Shown here in pieces: positions 54,701-62,007 of a stretch of DNA of 64,000 nt. The notes below the pieces were generated by a model. It had not been told where the DNA came from. It did no database searches and was given only the letters and a program-made list of their open reading frames with translations. Source of the DNA: Octopus sinensis (lineage: Eukaryota); contig NC_043000.1 in assembly GCF_006345805.1 (NCBI RefSeq), forward strand, positions 20,832,001-20,896,000. The letters run 5' to 3'. A program made the translations under genes and the position numbers. Positions within the stretch are counted from its first letter, which is position 1, and every line of letters starts with the position of its first letter.

Positions 54701-57700
54701 TGCCACCGGCATGGGTATTACAACTACAATTTCCATTTGATTTTTATTTTGATGTTGATATACTTGACTCAACAGGTCTCCTCAAGCACAGCAGGTCACC
54801 CTACGATCCAAGGTTAGCACAGCAGGCTGTCCTGCAAGCCATGAACTCACTTCACTGTCCTTAACTGTTTTTAATGAAATGACTAAATGATTCTCCACCA
54901 CTACCCACTGCACTTTTATACAAGCAACTGTTGATGTAAACTTTTATATTTCTGTCCAGATCCAAGTCAACAAGATTCCGTTGGATCCAACATGCACCTT
55001 TCAATAAACAGCATCATTGGGCACTTCGAGCTCTCTACATTGGCAAAAAATGCCCTCAGTTGTGCAGTGGTCATGGTAACTGTATTGGACATGTTTGCAG
55101 GTAAGTCATTCTCTCCTATTTTCTCATAAATAATCATCAAAATATAAAATATTACATAATCATGTGGTCAACCAGACTATCAGATGTTGTTATACATCAC
55201 TGATCACAATGCACTTTTGCATCGTTTTAGCATTTCGAATGATGCCACTCCACTGGCTTGGTGAGTAGGCCAACATTCCCTCTGATAAGAGGGCTCATCC
55301 ATCACAGGATCACAGCTGAGTGGACATGAGCAATGTGAAATGAGGTGTTTTGCTCAAGAACACAATTCACCACCTAGTCTGGGGATCAAACCCAGAATCT
55401 AGTAATTGTGAGTGCAGCACCTCTAACCACTAGGCCACACGCTTTCATAAAATATAGAAAATAAAAAAATGTATTTGTCTAATATCTATTTCCACATTTA
55501 ATGAATTTCTATACTATTTATACATTTTATTATACTTTTTCTTTTTTACTTTTTTTTGTTATTTGCTTATTTAGATTATTCTGTCAAGGTGAGATTTTCT
55601 AGATTTTTTTTATATTCTTTTAGTGAAGATTCTAAAACAAAACTCACTTTTCTGGAAACAAATAATCTCTACATATTAGTTTATATTTGTTACTATTTAT
55701 ATCCCTCTATAGTGCACATAGTCAAAATTTAATATTGTGACTAAGTCTAGATTTAAATTATCATCAGTCTTTACACTTTAACCCTTTGAGCTGGCAGAAT
55801 CGTTAGCACGTCGGGCGAAATACTTAGCGGTATTTCGGCTGCCATTACGTTCTGAGTTCAAATTCTGCCAAGGCCGACTTTGTCTTTCATCCTTTAGGGG
55901 TTGATTAACCCTTTAGTGTTCAGAATACTCTGTTAAATGTAATACTTTTTCACTCAAATTGTTTTGAATTAATTATGCATTATCTTATAGCTTTGAGGTT
56001 TCAATGATGCAATTGTTTATTTTCAGAATGGCATTGTAGGTTAGGAGTGAGAGGCTTGATATCGCCAGTTTGAATATAAAACATGTAGAATATATTGGGC
56101 CGGATTTGGCCGGTTTAAACACTAAAGGGTTAAATAAGTACCAGTTACATACTGGAGTCGATGTAATCGACTTAATCCCTTTGTCTGTCCTTGTTTGTCA
56201 CCTCTATGTTTCGCCCCCTGTGGGCAATAAAGAAATAAAATATTTAGATTATTCTGTCAAATACAATGCTTGTTCATTTACATTGTTTTGAATTAGTCAT
56301 GCATTATCTTGCAGCTTTGAGATTTCAATGATGTCATTGTTAACTCTTAAAATGACATTGTAGGGTAGGTGTGAGAGGCCAGATCTGGCCAGTTTTAATA
56401 TAAAACAGGTTGAATATTTAAGCTGGATATGGCCAGTTTAAATGCTAAATGGTTAAAGATGGATGTATCATCCAGATGACAGGGTACTGTGTAAGAGTTA
56501 AAGGATTTCATAGTTCACATCTTGTTGGTATATCCAGACTCAATTCTGTCAGTCCGTCAGTCCACCACAATCAGGAGTGTTTGCTTTTAAAGCTTTACTC
56601 TTTTACTTGTTTCAGTCATTTGACTGTGGCCATGCTGGAGCACCGCCTTTAGTCAAGCAAATTGACCCCAGGACTTATTCTTTGTAAGCCTAGTACTTAT
56701 TCTATCGGTCTCTTTTGCTGAACCGCTAAGTTACAGGGACGTAAACACACCAGCATCGGTTGTCAAGCAATGTTGGGGGGACAGACACACAAACATATAC
56801 ACATACACACATACATATATATAATATATATATATATATATACACAAAAAATTCAGGGTGAATACTTGATAACTGTAAGCACCTGTATATGCCAGTTAGT
56901 GGTGTAGGTGATAGGGTATATTTATCAAAAGAAAAACAGGATGCAAAGGATTTAGCGGTACATATGTTTCTGGCTTTATTGGACAATTTATATCAATGCA
57001 TAATTGATGTAACATGTATGTCAATAGCCTTCTTCAGCCGCACACAATTACCACACCAAAGACATGTATTACATTATAGCAGGTTTGAGAAGTTTGGGAA
57101 AAAAGACGAGTTTCGTTGGGAATGCAAATCCTCATAGTCGTATATGGCAAAGCGAGACACCAAAACAAAACGTCCATAGAATGAGGAGGCTGGATGTTGA
57201 GATAAAGAAGGAAGGAGTGGAAGGGGGGGAATCTTTAATGAATTTGGGATCACAAAGAGGAAAAAATATATATATAAATCTAAACATGATTATACAGGAA
57301 AATAGTAAGTGCAAAATGTAATAAAAGAGTAAAAATGTAAAAAAAAGAGTAAAAATGTAAAAAAAGAAAAAAATAAGTATATAAGTATATAAAGATACAA
57401 AGGATGTCGTGTGTCTGGTCTAAAGTTCTAGAGCTGTATTGTGACAGTGTAGCCGTGAAAAATAAATATGGAAATATAAATAAAGATAAAGAAGCGAAAA
57501 AATAAAGACGAAAAATAAAAATATAAAGGGATAAAAAAATGAAAAAGTGGACATAAAGATAAAGTAAGGTAAGAATAAGGAGATACAGAAAAAAATGTAT
57601 GCCGGTTAGTGATGAAGCTTTAGGATGTTTTTGGTGAGCGTCATAAATTAAAACTTAATTATCTGGGGAGCTGTATGGTAGAAGGCGGATGGTCAATTTA

Positions 57701-57787
57701 AGTTGTCTGCTCCAAGTATGGTGTGTGTCTATAAACTTATCTACTTTTTCATAAAAAACGTCTCTATTATCAAACAACATATATATA

Positions 57788-57826
<39 letters not shown>

Positions 57827-57984
57827 TATAATATATATATATACACATATACACATCCACGCACACACCTACACACACACATGCATGCATATATATACGC
57901 ACGCACACATATATTGATATAAATTGTCCAATAAAGCCAGGAACATATGTACCGCTAAATCCTTTGCATTCTGTTTTTCTTTTG

Positions 57985-58060
<76 letters not shown>

Positions 58061-60247
58061 CGGGCTTCTTTCAGTTCCCATCTACCAAATCCACTCACAA
58101 GGCTTTGGTCAGCCCGATGCTATAGTAGAAGGCACTTGCCCAAGGTTCCACCCAGTGGGACTGAACTCGAAACCATGTGGTTCGCAAGCAAGCTACTTAC
58201 CACCCAGCCACTCCTACGCCAATGCTTTATCTAAGAATTTTTTTCTTTTTTTTTGGGTTACAGATGTGATAGCAATTGGCAAGGAGCAGACTGCCATCAA
58301 CCAAAGAACCCGCTGCCAACCATTCTGAAAGACTCTTTTACGGATGCAGACATATCAGCTCAGAATTGGTTAAAAATTGCTGGAGCAAAGATAACTAATA
58401 CTTGCACAAATCTAGCATCAGGAATGGCAATACATTTTATTGGAGTAAGTATGAGTTTTCTCTATACTAAAAGTTCTCAAATATATTTTTACCTGTGAAC
58501 CTTTTTTTTTTTTACCTACAGACCCTTTTGATTCATATTTTACTCAGATAGAGCCTCCTAGCCATTCAATGATTTTAAAAAATCCAATTATATTTTTATA
58601 AATAGGTGTAGGAGTGGCTGTGTGGTAAGTTGCTTGCTTACCAACCACATGGTTCTGGGTTCAGTCCCACTGTGTGACACCTTGGGCAAGTGTCTTCTAC
58701 TATAGCCTCAGGCCGACCAAAGCCTTGCGAGTGGATTTGGTAGACGGAAACAGAAAGAAGCCTGTCGTATATATGCTTGTGTGTGTGTGTGTATACGTTT
58801 TTGCCTCTGTGTTTGTCCACCCCCCACCCCCCACCCCCAACATCGCTTGACAACCAATGCTGGTGTGTTTACATCCCCATAACTAAGTGGTTTGGCAAAA
58901 GAGACCGATAGAATAAGTACTAGGCTTACAAAGAATAAGTCCTGGGCTTACAAAGAATAAGTCCTGGGGTCGATTTGCTCGACTAAAGGCAGTGCTCCAG
59001 CATAGCCATAGCCAAATGACTAAAACAAGTAAAAGAGTAGATGCTATTAGGAATTGCATTGAAAAAATTAAAATATTTTGTTTATCGAAGAAGTATAATT
59101 AATTTATTGAGCATAAATTTTAACAACAAAATCTTAAATGAGCCCCCAAGGATCATATGGGAATTGATGCCAGGTGATGAAGCGGGCAATTTGACAAGTC
59201 TATATTTTGGACAGGCAGCACTGGATTAACCATTAAGCAAAATAAGCATGTGCTTAAGGCATCAAGTGGGGTGGGGGCTCTACAGAAATGGTAAATGATT
59301 TACAGCACAAAAGAAATTATTTTTAACTCACTAAAATAATATCCAGGCTCCCATACTTCTACTAAGTATAGAGGCAGGTGTGTTGCATAAGATTAATTTT
59401 GAAGATCTGATCAAAAACTTAGTAATTAAAAAAAAGTAGAAGAAAACTTTTCAGATATAATTAAAATGGAACTATACAAAAACAAACATTATCTTTCATA
59501 TTACTGTTAGTTTTGTTACATTTTGAAAATATAAATTTATTTTATGGTTTATTATTTATTTTTTGGGCACCAAAATGTGGGTCTATGTGGATCAACCCTT
59601 ATTTCTTTATTGCCCACAAGGGGCTAAATATAGAAGGGACAAAGAAGGACAGACAAAGGGATTAAGTTGATTACATCAACCCCAAAAGGATGAAAGGTAA
59701 AGTTGACCTCGGCAGAATTTGAATACAGAACGTAATGGCAGATGAAAAACCACTAAGCATTTCGCCTGGCATGTTAACATTTCTGCCAGCTTACCACTAA
59801 TGTGGATCAGCCCTATGTGGGTCTATGTGGATCAGCCCTGTGGACAGGCAGCCAGCAAGAATGGACATGAGGACAGAATCCTTCAGTATTCTATCTGCTA
59901 GCCAATGGTTTAGGATAGACTGTGTCTCTGAGTTTCACAGCAAATTGTAGTCGGCAGTAGAGGAATTCCTGTTGCTGTTATTTGCCATGTCCAGACGTTT
60001 AGTCCTTTAGGCTCAAATTTTATGTCCTGTATTACTCTCCTTTTCTCTTTCAGGGCTGCAGTCGAATTCTCATCAGCACAGATTTAGACTTGAGAGATTC
60101 AAAGTTCATTCAGTTCTATTTTATGTTTGGTTGCAACACAGCTCCCCTGATTCGAAACCAAGGGGTCCTTGTTGACTATTCAGCAGATGGTGGTATTTCT
60201 TGGTCCCATATAACAGAACTTTACTACAACCAATACAAGGCACCAAA
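7847..60247 (+). CDS. RELN: Reelin-like gene, 17 internal coding exons (partial; gene extends beyond both window ends)
   Basis: Hand-spliced exons give one continuous ORF of 3007 nt. It shows reelin-repeat hallmarks: LEYSxDxGxTW/LQYSxNGGITW Asp-box motifs, TRFRWxQ, WAIDN-type motifs, and three EGF modules ([11 protein letters not shown]..., [11 protein letters not shown]..., [11 protein letters not shown]...), each lying between A and B subrepeats. All 16 intron phases match. Confidence 0.95.
9749..9889 (+). CDS. RELN: Reelin exon 2 ([10 protein letters not shown]...[27 protein letters not shown])
   Basis: tatcag acceptor; AT|GTGAGT donor; first half of an EGF module; absent from the ORF track. 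Confidence 0.95.
10905..11200 (-). mobile_element. Degenerate RTE LINE 3' end (different subfamily)
   Basis: ORF 10913-11107 [16 protein letters not shown]...AQDHINW resembles the RTE C-terminal W.P.G.R..GRPK.TW motif. Confidence 0.7.
11975..12152 (+). CDS. RELN: Reelin exon 3 ([10 protein letters not shown]...[21 protein letters not shown]...SGNSLVFAK)
   Basis: Polypyrimidine tract plus tcag acceptor; ends at the non-canonical AAG|GCAAGT donor, phase 0, matching the next exon. Confidence 0.92.
14288..14487 (+). CDS. RELN: Reelin exon 4 ([13 protein letters not shown]...[20 protein letters not shown]...)
   Basis: ttatag acceptor; CG|GTAAAT donor; Asp-box motif. Confidence 0.94.
15579..15655 (+). 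CDS. RELN: Reelin exon 5, 77 bp ([25 protein letters not shown])
   Basis: ttcttcag acceptor; G|GTTAGT donor; needed to reconcile phase 2 of exon 4 with phase 1 of exon 6. Confidence 0.93.
16816..16978 (+). CDS. RELN: Reelin exon 6 ([15 protein letters not shown]...LDDKFEKP...WQFSNNG)
   Basis: ttatag acceptor; CG|GTATGC donor; B-to-A subrepeat junction. Confidence 0.94.
20815..20929 (+). CDS. RELN: Reelin exon 7 ([38 protein letters not shown])
   Basis: ttacag acceptor; GAT|GTAAGA donor; VTRDLD motif. Confidence 0.93.
21127..21374. mobile_element. Palindromic MITE-like element
   Basis: Arms of about 110 bp (GCATGGAAGGTGTTTATAAGCC.../...GGCTTATAAACACCTTCCATGC) around a loop of about 11 nt. 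Confidence 0.75.
24189..24409 (+). CDS. RELN: Reelin exon 8 (INVGCGAS...[14 protein letters not shown]...[15 protein letters not shown])
   Basis: tgtcag acceptor; GG|GTATGA donor. Confidence 0.94.
26082..26310. repeat. Near-perfect 229-bp palindrome, 1-nt centre at 26196
   Basis: Arms at 26088-26195 and 26197-26304 with about 6 mismatches and no indels; AT-repeat flanks. Confidence 0.9.
27175..27464 (+). CDS. RELN: Reelin exon 9 (AIRFRWTQ...WAIDNVFIG, complete EGF, MKEEF plus insertion)
   Basis: aaacag acceptor; G|GTAACT donor; overlaps ORF 27248-27472. Confidence 0.93.
27746..27902 (+). CDS. RELN: Reelin exon 10 ([16 protein letters not shown]...[22 protein letters not shown])
   Basis: ctaacag acceptor; AG|GTAGAA donor. 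Confidence 0.93.
28580..28710. promoter_or_regulatory. Candidate intronic regulatory element (CCAAT cluster)
   Basis: Four CCAAT/ATTGG boxes within 65 bp, TGATAA and CACGTC sites, and locally raised CpG in apparently non-repetitive sequence. Confidence 0.3.
29477..29735 (+). CDS. RELN: Reelin exon 11 ([10 protein letters not shown]...[11 protein letters not shown]...LQWWQP...WAVDQ)
   Basis: tttcag acceptor; CAG|GTTGGC donor; overlaps ORF 29541-29819. Confidence 0.94.
31291..31432 (+). CDS. RELN: Reelin exon 12 (IYVGGDIDG...[24 protein letters not shown])
   Basis: gtgcag acceptor; G|GTATAC donor. Confidence 0.93.
32681..32894. mobile_element. TTAA-flanked (piggyBac-like) MITE, family A
   Basis: TTAA|CCCTTTC...GAAAGGG|TTAA; related copies near 4980-5195, 8825-9047, 12710-12955 and 17040-17240. 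Confidence 0.8.
33878..33985 (+). CDS. RELN: Reelin exon 13 ([13 protein letters not shown]...[17 protein letters not shown])
   Basis: ttccag acceptor; G|GTAAGT donor. Confidence 0.93.
34271..34491. mobile_element. TTAA-flanked (piggyBac-like) MITE, family B
   Basis: TTAA|CCCTTTAG...CTAAAGGG|TTAA; related copies near 8610-8800, 26748-26938, 55909-56129 and 55782-56452. Confidence 0.8.
39880..40215 (-). mobile_element. CR1/L2-type LINE 3' fragment
   Basis: Minus-strand translation [23 protein letters not shown] resembles the WNxLPxxVVxAxSxxxFK terminal motif. Confidence 0.65.
40958..41345 (+). mobile_element. Non-autonomous Helitron
   Basis: A|TCTATATATAT 5' end; GC-rich hairpin CCCGAGCAATGCCGGG at 41318-33; CTAG|T 3' end; no TSD. 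Confidence 0.88.
41609..41792. repeat. Compound AT/GT microsatellite, representative of many
   Basis: Similar tracts at 2270-2370, 7705-7757, 30585-30670, 36105-36198, 42205-42258, 42655-42737, 57780-57910 and 57990-58058. Confidence 0.95.
41789..42148. mobile_element. Fold-back element (5-nt loop at 42007-11), probable Penelope pLTR remnant
   Basis: Arms are reverse complements, except that the right arm lacks a 68-bp segment (41912-41979 in the left arm) bounded by a TCTTATTT direct repeat. Confidence 0.6.
41913..41957 (-). ncRNA. Atypical or degenerate minimal hammerhead-like motif
   Basis: GGACUA - CUGAUGCG - GUCACA GGAG UGUGAC (6-bp helix II) - GAAA - GAAC U C - UGGCC. A9 is replaced by C and helix I is imperfect. 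Confidence 0.4.
42737..43485 (+). mobile_element. RTE LINE 3' end with a 68-bp tandem array
   Basis: ORF2 tail remnant, then units starting at 43041, 43109, 43177, 43245 and 43308, then a (GAT)n tail. Confidence 0.85.
43725..43893 (+). CDS. RELN: Reelin exon 14 ([21 protein letters not shown]...[13 protein letters not shown])
   Basis: ttttag acceptor; AA|GTAAGA donor; absent from the ORF track. Confidence 0.93.
44192..44347. mobile_element. hAT-type MITE
   Basis: TIR CATTAGCATAGCTAG / CTAGCTACGCTAGTG; TSD GCTTCCAC/GCTTCCAT; inserted in a SINE. Confidence 0.8.
45960..46245 (-). pseudogene. Degenerate Penelope-like reverse transcriptase fragment
   Basis: Minus-strand translation [23 protein letters not shown]...[18 protein letters not shown] resembles PLE RT motifs FDIVEFYPSI..LL.KALDFA and FDVTMGSFDGAEVCELVG; contains stops and frameshifts. 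Confidence 0.65.
46665..46897 (+). mobile_element. tRNA-derived SINE, family 2 (MetaSINE-like core)
   Basis: Head with GAGTTCAAAT box B, core GTCGACTTTGCCTTTCATCCTTTCGGGGTC, tail AATAAAGAAATA. Other copies approx 9445 +, 15075 +, 19400 +, 23060 +, 23480 -, 35640 +, 36505 +, 44365 -, 47380 -, 49085 +, 55788 +, 59600 -. Confidence 0.8.
47845..48220 (-). mobile_element. tRNA-derived SINE, family 3
   Basis: Minus-strand head GTGGAGGTGCAATGGCCCAGTGGTTAGGGCAGCGGACTC...GGTTTCGATTCC; second copy about 42259-42637, fragment about 10260-10340. Confidence 0.8.
49300..49855. repeat. Unclassified interspersed repeat of about 550 bp
   Basis: A highly similar truncated copy lies at about 14640-15010; flanked by (TTA)n; no ORF or TIR recognised. 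Confidence 0.75.
49884..50282 (+). mobile_element. tRNA-derived SINE, family 1 (CORE-like), full length
   Basis: Pol III box A/B-like head (TGGCTGTGTGG, GGTTCAGTCCC), CORE-like CTTGGGCAAGT, central microsatellite, AAAAGAGT tail. Other copies approx 871-1275 -, 3370-3757 +, 5991-6370 +, 21455-21855 -, 33365-33765 -, 43935-44725 -, 58605-59040 +. Confidence 0.8.
52750..52960 (-). mobile_element. Degenerate RTE ORF2 C-terminal fragment
   Basis: LNRYGYVMS...DGWVKK...RERRRLRKT resembles the 5247 ORF. Confidence 0.6.
53010..53400 (+). mobile_element. Degenerate RTE/BovB-like ORF2 C-terminus with C2H2 finger
   Basis: [17 protein letters not shown]...[22 protein letters not shown], with internal stops. 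Confidence 0.7.
54110..54858 (-). mobile_element. RTE LINE 3' end with internal duplication
   Basis: Reverse complement of the family; a UTR segment of about 145 bp is present twice. Confidence 0.8.
54960..55100 (+). CDS. RELN: Reelin exon 15 ([10 protein letters not shown]...[27 protein letters not shown])
   Basis: gtccag acceptor; AG|GTAAGT donor; follows an 11-kb intron. Confidence 0.94.
55909..56129. mobile_element. TTAA MITE, family B, nested in a SINE
   Basis: TTAA TSD at 55905-08 and 56130-33; it splits the SINE core. Confidence 0.85.
56917..57993 (-). mobile_element. Probable 5'-truncated Penelope-like element with inverted partial pLTR
   Basis: 81-bp inverted repeats at 56917-56997 and 57913-57993 (2 mismatches); complete hammerhead in the left unit; A-rich body between them. 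Confidence 0.6.
56955..57041 (-). ncRNA. Type I hammerhead ribozyme, Penelope-type, core boxes intact
   Basis: GCGG - CUGAAGA (57037-31) - A GGC...AUUG ACA...UGU C CAAU...GCC A helix II - GAAA - ACAUAUGU palindrome - A17 (56959) - CCGC. The first helix II position is an A.A apposition. Confidence 0.72.
58264..58444 (+). CDS. RELN: Reelin exon 16 ([10 protein letters not shown]...LKDSF...NWLKIAGA...GMAIHFIG)
   Basis: ttacag acceptor; GGA|GTAAGT donor; overlaps ORF 58253-58498. Confidence 0.94.
59216..59840 (+). mobile_element. Second copy of the same hAT family, with a nested SINE
   Basis: CAGCACTGGATTAA start; 8-bp TSD TGGACAGG (59208-15, 59841-48); SINE at about 59600-59799 with a 15-bp TSD. 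Confidence 0.8.
60054..60247 (+). CDS. RELN: Reelin exon 17 ([13 protein letters not shown]...[27 protein letters not shown])
   Basis: tttcag acceptor; AA|GTAAGT donor; I found no further exon before 64000. Confidence 0.94.
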
Positions 60248-60977
60248 GTAAGTCAGCCATGTTTTTGACTTGTTTAATTACAAAGTAGCAATGATGTCAA
60301 AAATATCTTTTAAATTAATAATCTAGTAAAAAAATTCACATTTTTTTCACATCTACCACTTATATATATATCATCATCATTGTTTAACGCCTGTTTTCCA
60401 TACTAGCATGAGTTGGATGGTTCGACTAAGGTCTGGGAAGCCAGGAGGCTGCACCAGGCTCCAGTTTGATCTGGCAGTGTTTCTACAGCTGAATGCCCTT
60501 CCTAATGCCAACCACTCTGTGAGTGTAGTGGGTACTTTTACGTGCCACTGGCACAAGTGCCAGGGGAGGCTGGTAACAGTCATGATCAGTTGGTGCTTTT
60601 TACATCCCACTATATATATATTATCATTATTATTATTATTTAAAGATCACAATACATGTATTAAAGTCCTACTAATAGTTTCATATGTTGAGAGGACTCA
60701 AACATTCTTCAGAGGCAAACCACATATCATACCGAACTAAAAATTGGAATAAATAGAAGAAACACAATGAAGCTGAGAAAGCAGCATATAGAAAATACAG
60801 ACAGTAAACAACGGGGAACGAAACTCAAGTGTCAAAAGGTAAAAAATGTTATCCTCCTTAGTACTTAAATGATAAGGCTGGAAAGATATCAAGTCAGTCA
60901 GGAATAGGCGGAATTTATCTCTCACCAGATGGAGTAGTATTTTTGTTGAATATTCTATCACAGATCAGTACATTTTA

Positions 60978-61018
<41 letters not shown>

Positions 61019-61628
61019 TATCATCATCATCATCATCATCATTTAGCGTCCGTTTTCCATGCTAGCATGGGTTGGACGGTTCAACTGGGGTCTGGGGAGC
61101 CCGAAGGCTGCACCAGGCCAGTCAGATCTGGCAGTGTTTCTACAGCTGGATGCCCTTCCTAACGCCAACCACTCCGAGAGTGTAGTGGGTGATTTTATGT
61201 GCCACCGACACAGGTGCCAGACGAGGCTGGCGAACGGCCACGCTCGGATGGTGTTTTTTATGTGCCACTTACACAGGTGCCAGACGAGGCTGGCAGACGG
61301 CCACGCTCGGATGGTGTTTTTATGTGCCACCGACACAGGTGCCAGATGAGGCTGGCGAACGGCCACGATCAGATGGTGTTTGTTACGTGCCCACAGCACG
61401 GAGGCCAGTCGATGCGGTACTGGCTACGGCCACGTTCGGATGGTTTTCTTGTGTGCCACCGACACTGGTACCACAAAGATACAAATTCCATTGATGTTCA
61501 TCTATTTTGATTTGTTTTGATTTTCACTTGCCTCAACAGGTCTTCACAAGTGTCACAAGAAGGAAGGTATGCACAGGTGGACTGACTACGTCCCAGGTAG
61601 GGGCCACGGGTTATGGCCTGACTAGTCT

Positions 61629-62007
61629 TAGGAAAAAATGGAGCTGAGCGAAGATTTAACAAAATTCCTTTATTTTATTTTCGACATATGTTTCGAAGTC
61701 TGCAAAATTCCTAATTCCAAATGAATAAGGAGTCCATTATGCAGCTTTCTCTTCACGAAAATCCAGGAACTTCTTTCGCCAACAAAATGCACAACATCAT
61801 TATCGCTATGGGCTCCTCGTGAGCAGTCATCTAAAAACTTGTTGTGCATTTTGTTGGCGAAAGAAGTTTCTGGATTTTCCTGAAGAGAAAGCTGCATAAT
61901 GGACTCCTTATTCATTCGGAATTAGGAATTTTGCAGACTTCGAAACATATGTCGAAAATAAAATAAAGGAATTTTGTTAAATCTTCGCTCAGCTCTATTT
62001 TTTCCTA
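61629..62007 (+). mobile_element. Inverted-repeat element (168-bp arms, 43-nt spacer), probable Penelope pLTR pair
   Basis: Arms at 61629-61796 and 61840-62007, no indels, 4 mismatches counted; hammerhead motif in both arms. Confidence 0.7.
61874..61959 (+). ncRNA. Type I hammerhead ribozyme, Penelope-type, intact core
   Basis: AUUUUC (helix I) - CUGAAGA (61880-86) - 55-nt helix II closed by G-C, containing CUGCA/UGCAG and UCCU/AGGA - GAAA (61942-45) - palindrome ACAUAUGU - C17 (61953) - GAAAAU (helix I'). Confidence 0.8.

Noticed and set aside
57105-57141. Second hammerhead-like string (CUAUGAG...GAAACUCGUC, minus strand)
   Set aside because: The 5' box lacks G5, helix II pairs poorly, and no helix I complementarity is present; at most a decayed relic.
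57655-57780. [19 protein letters not shown] as a GIY-YIG C-terminal helix
   Set aside because: The resemblance is too weak to call by eye; it needs an HMM search.
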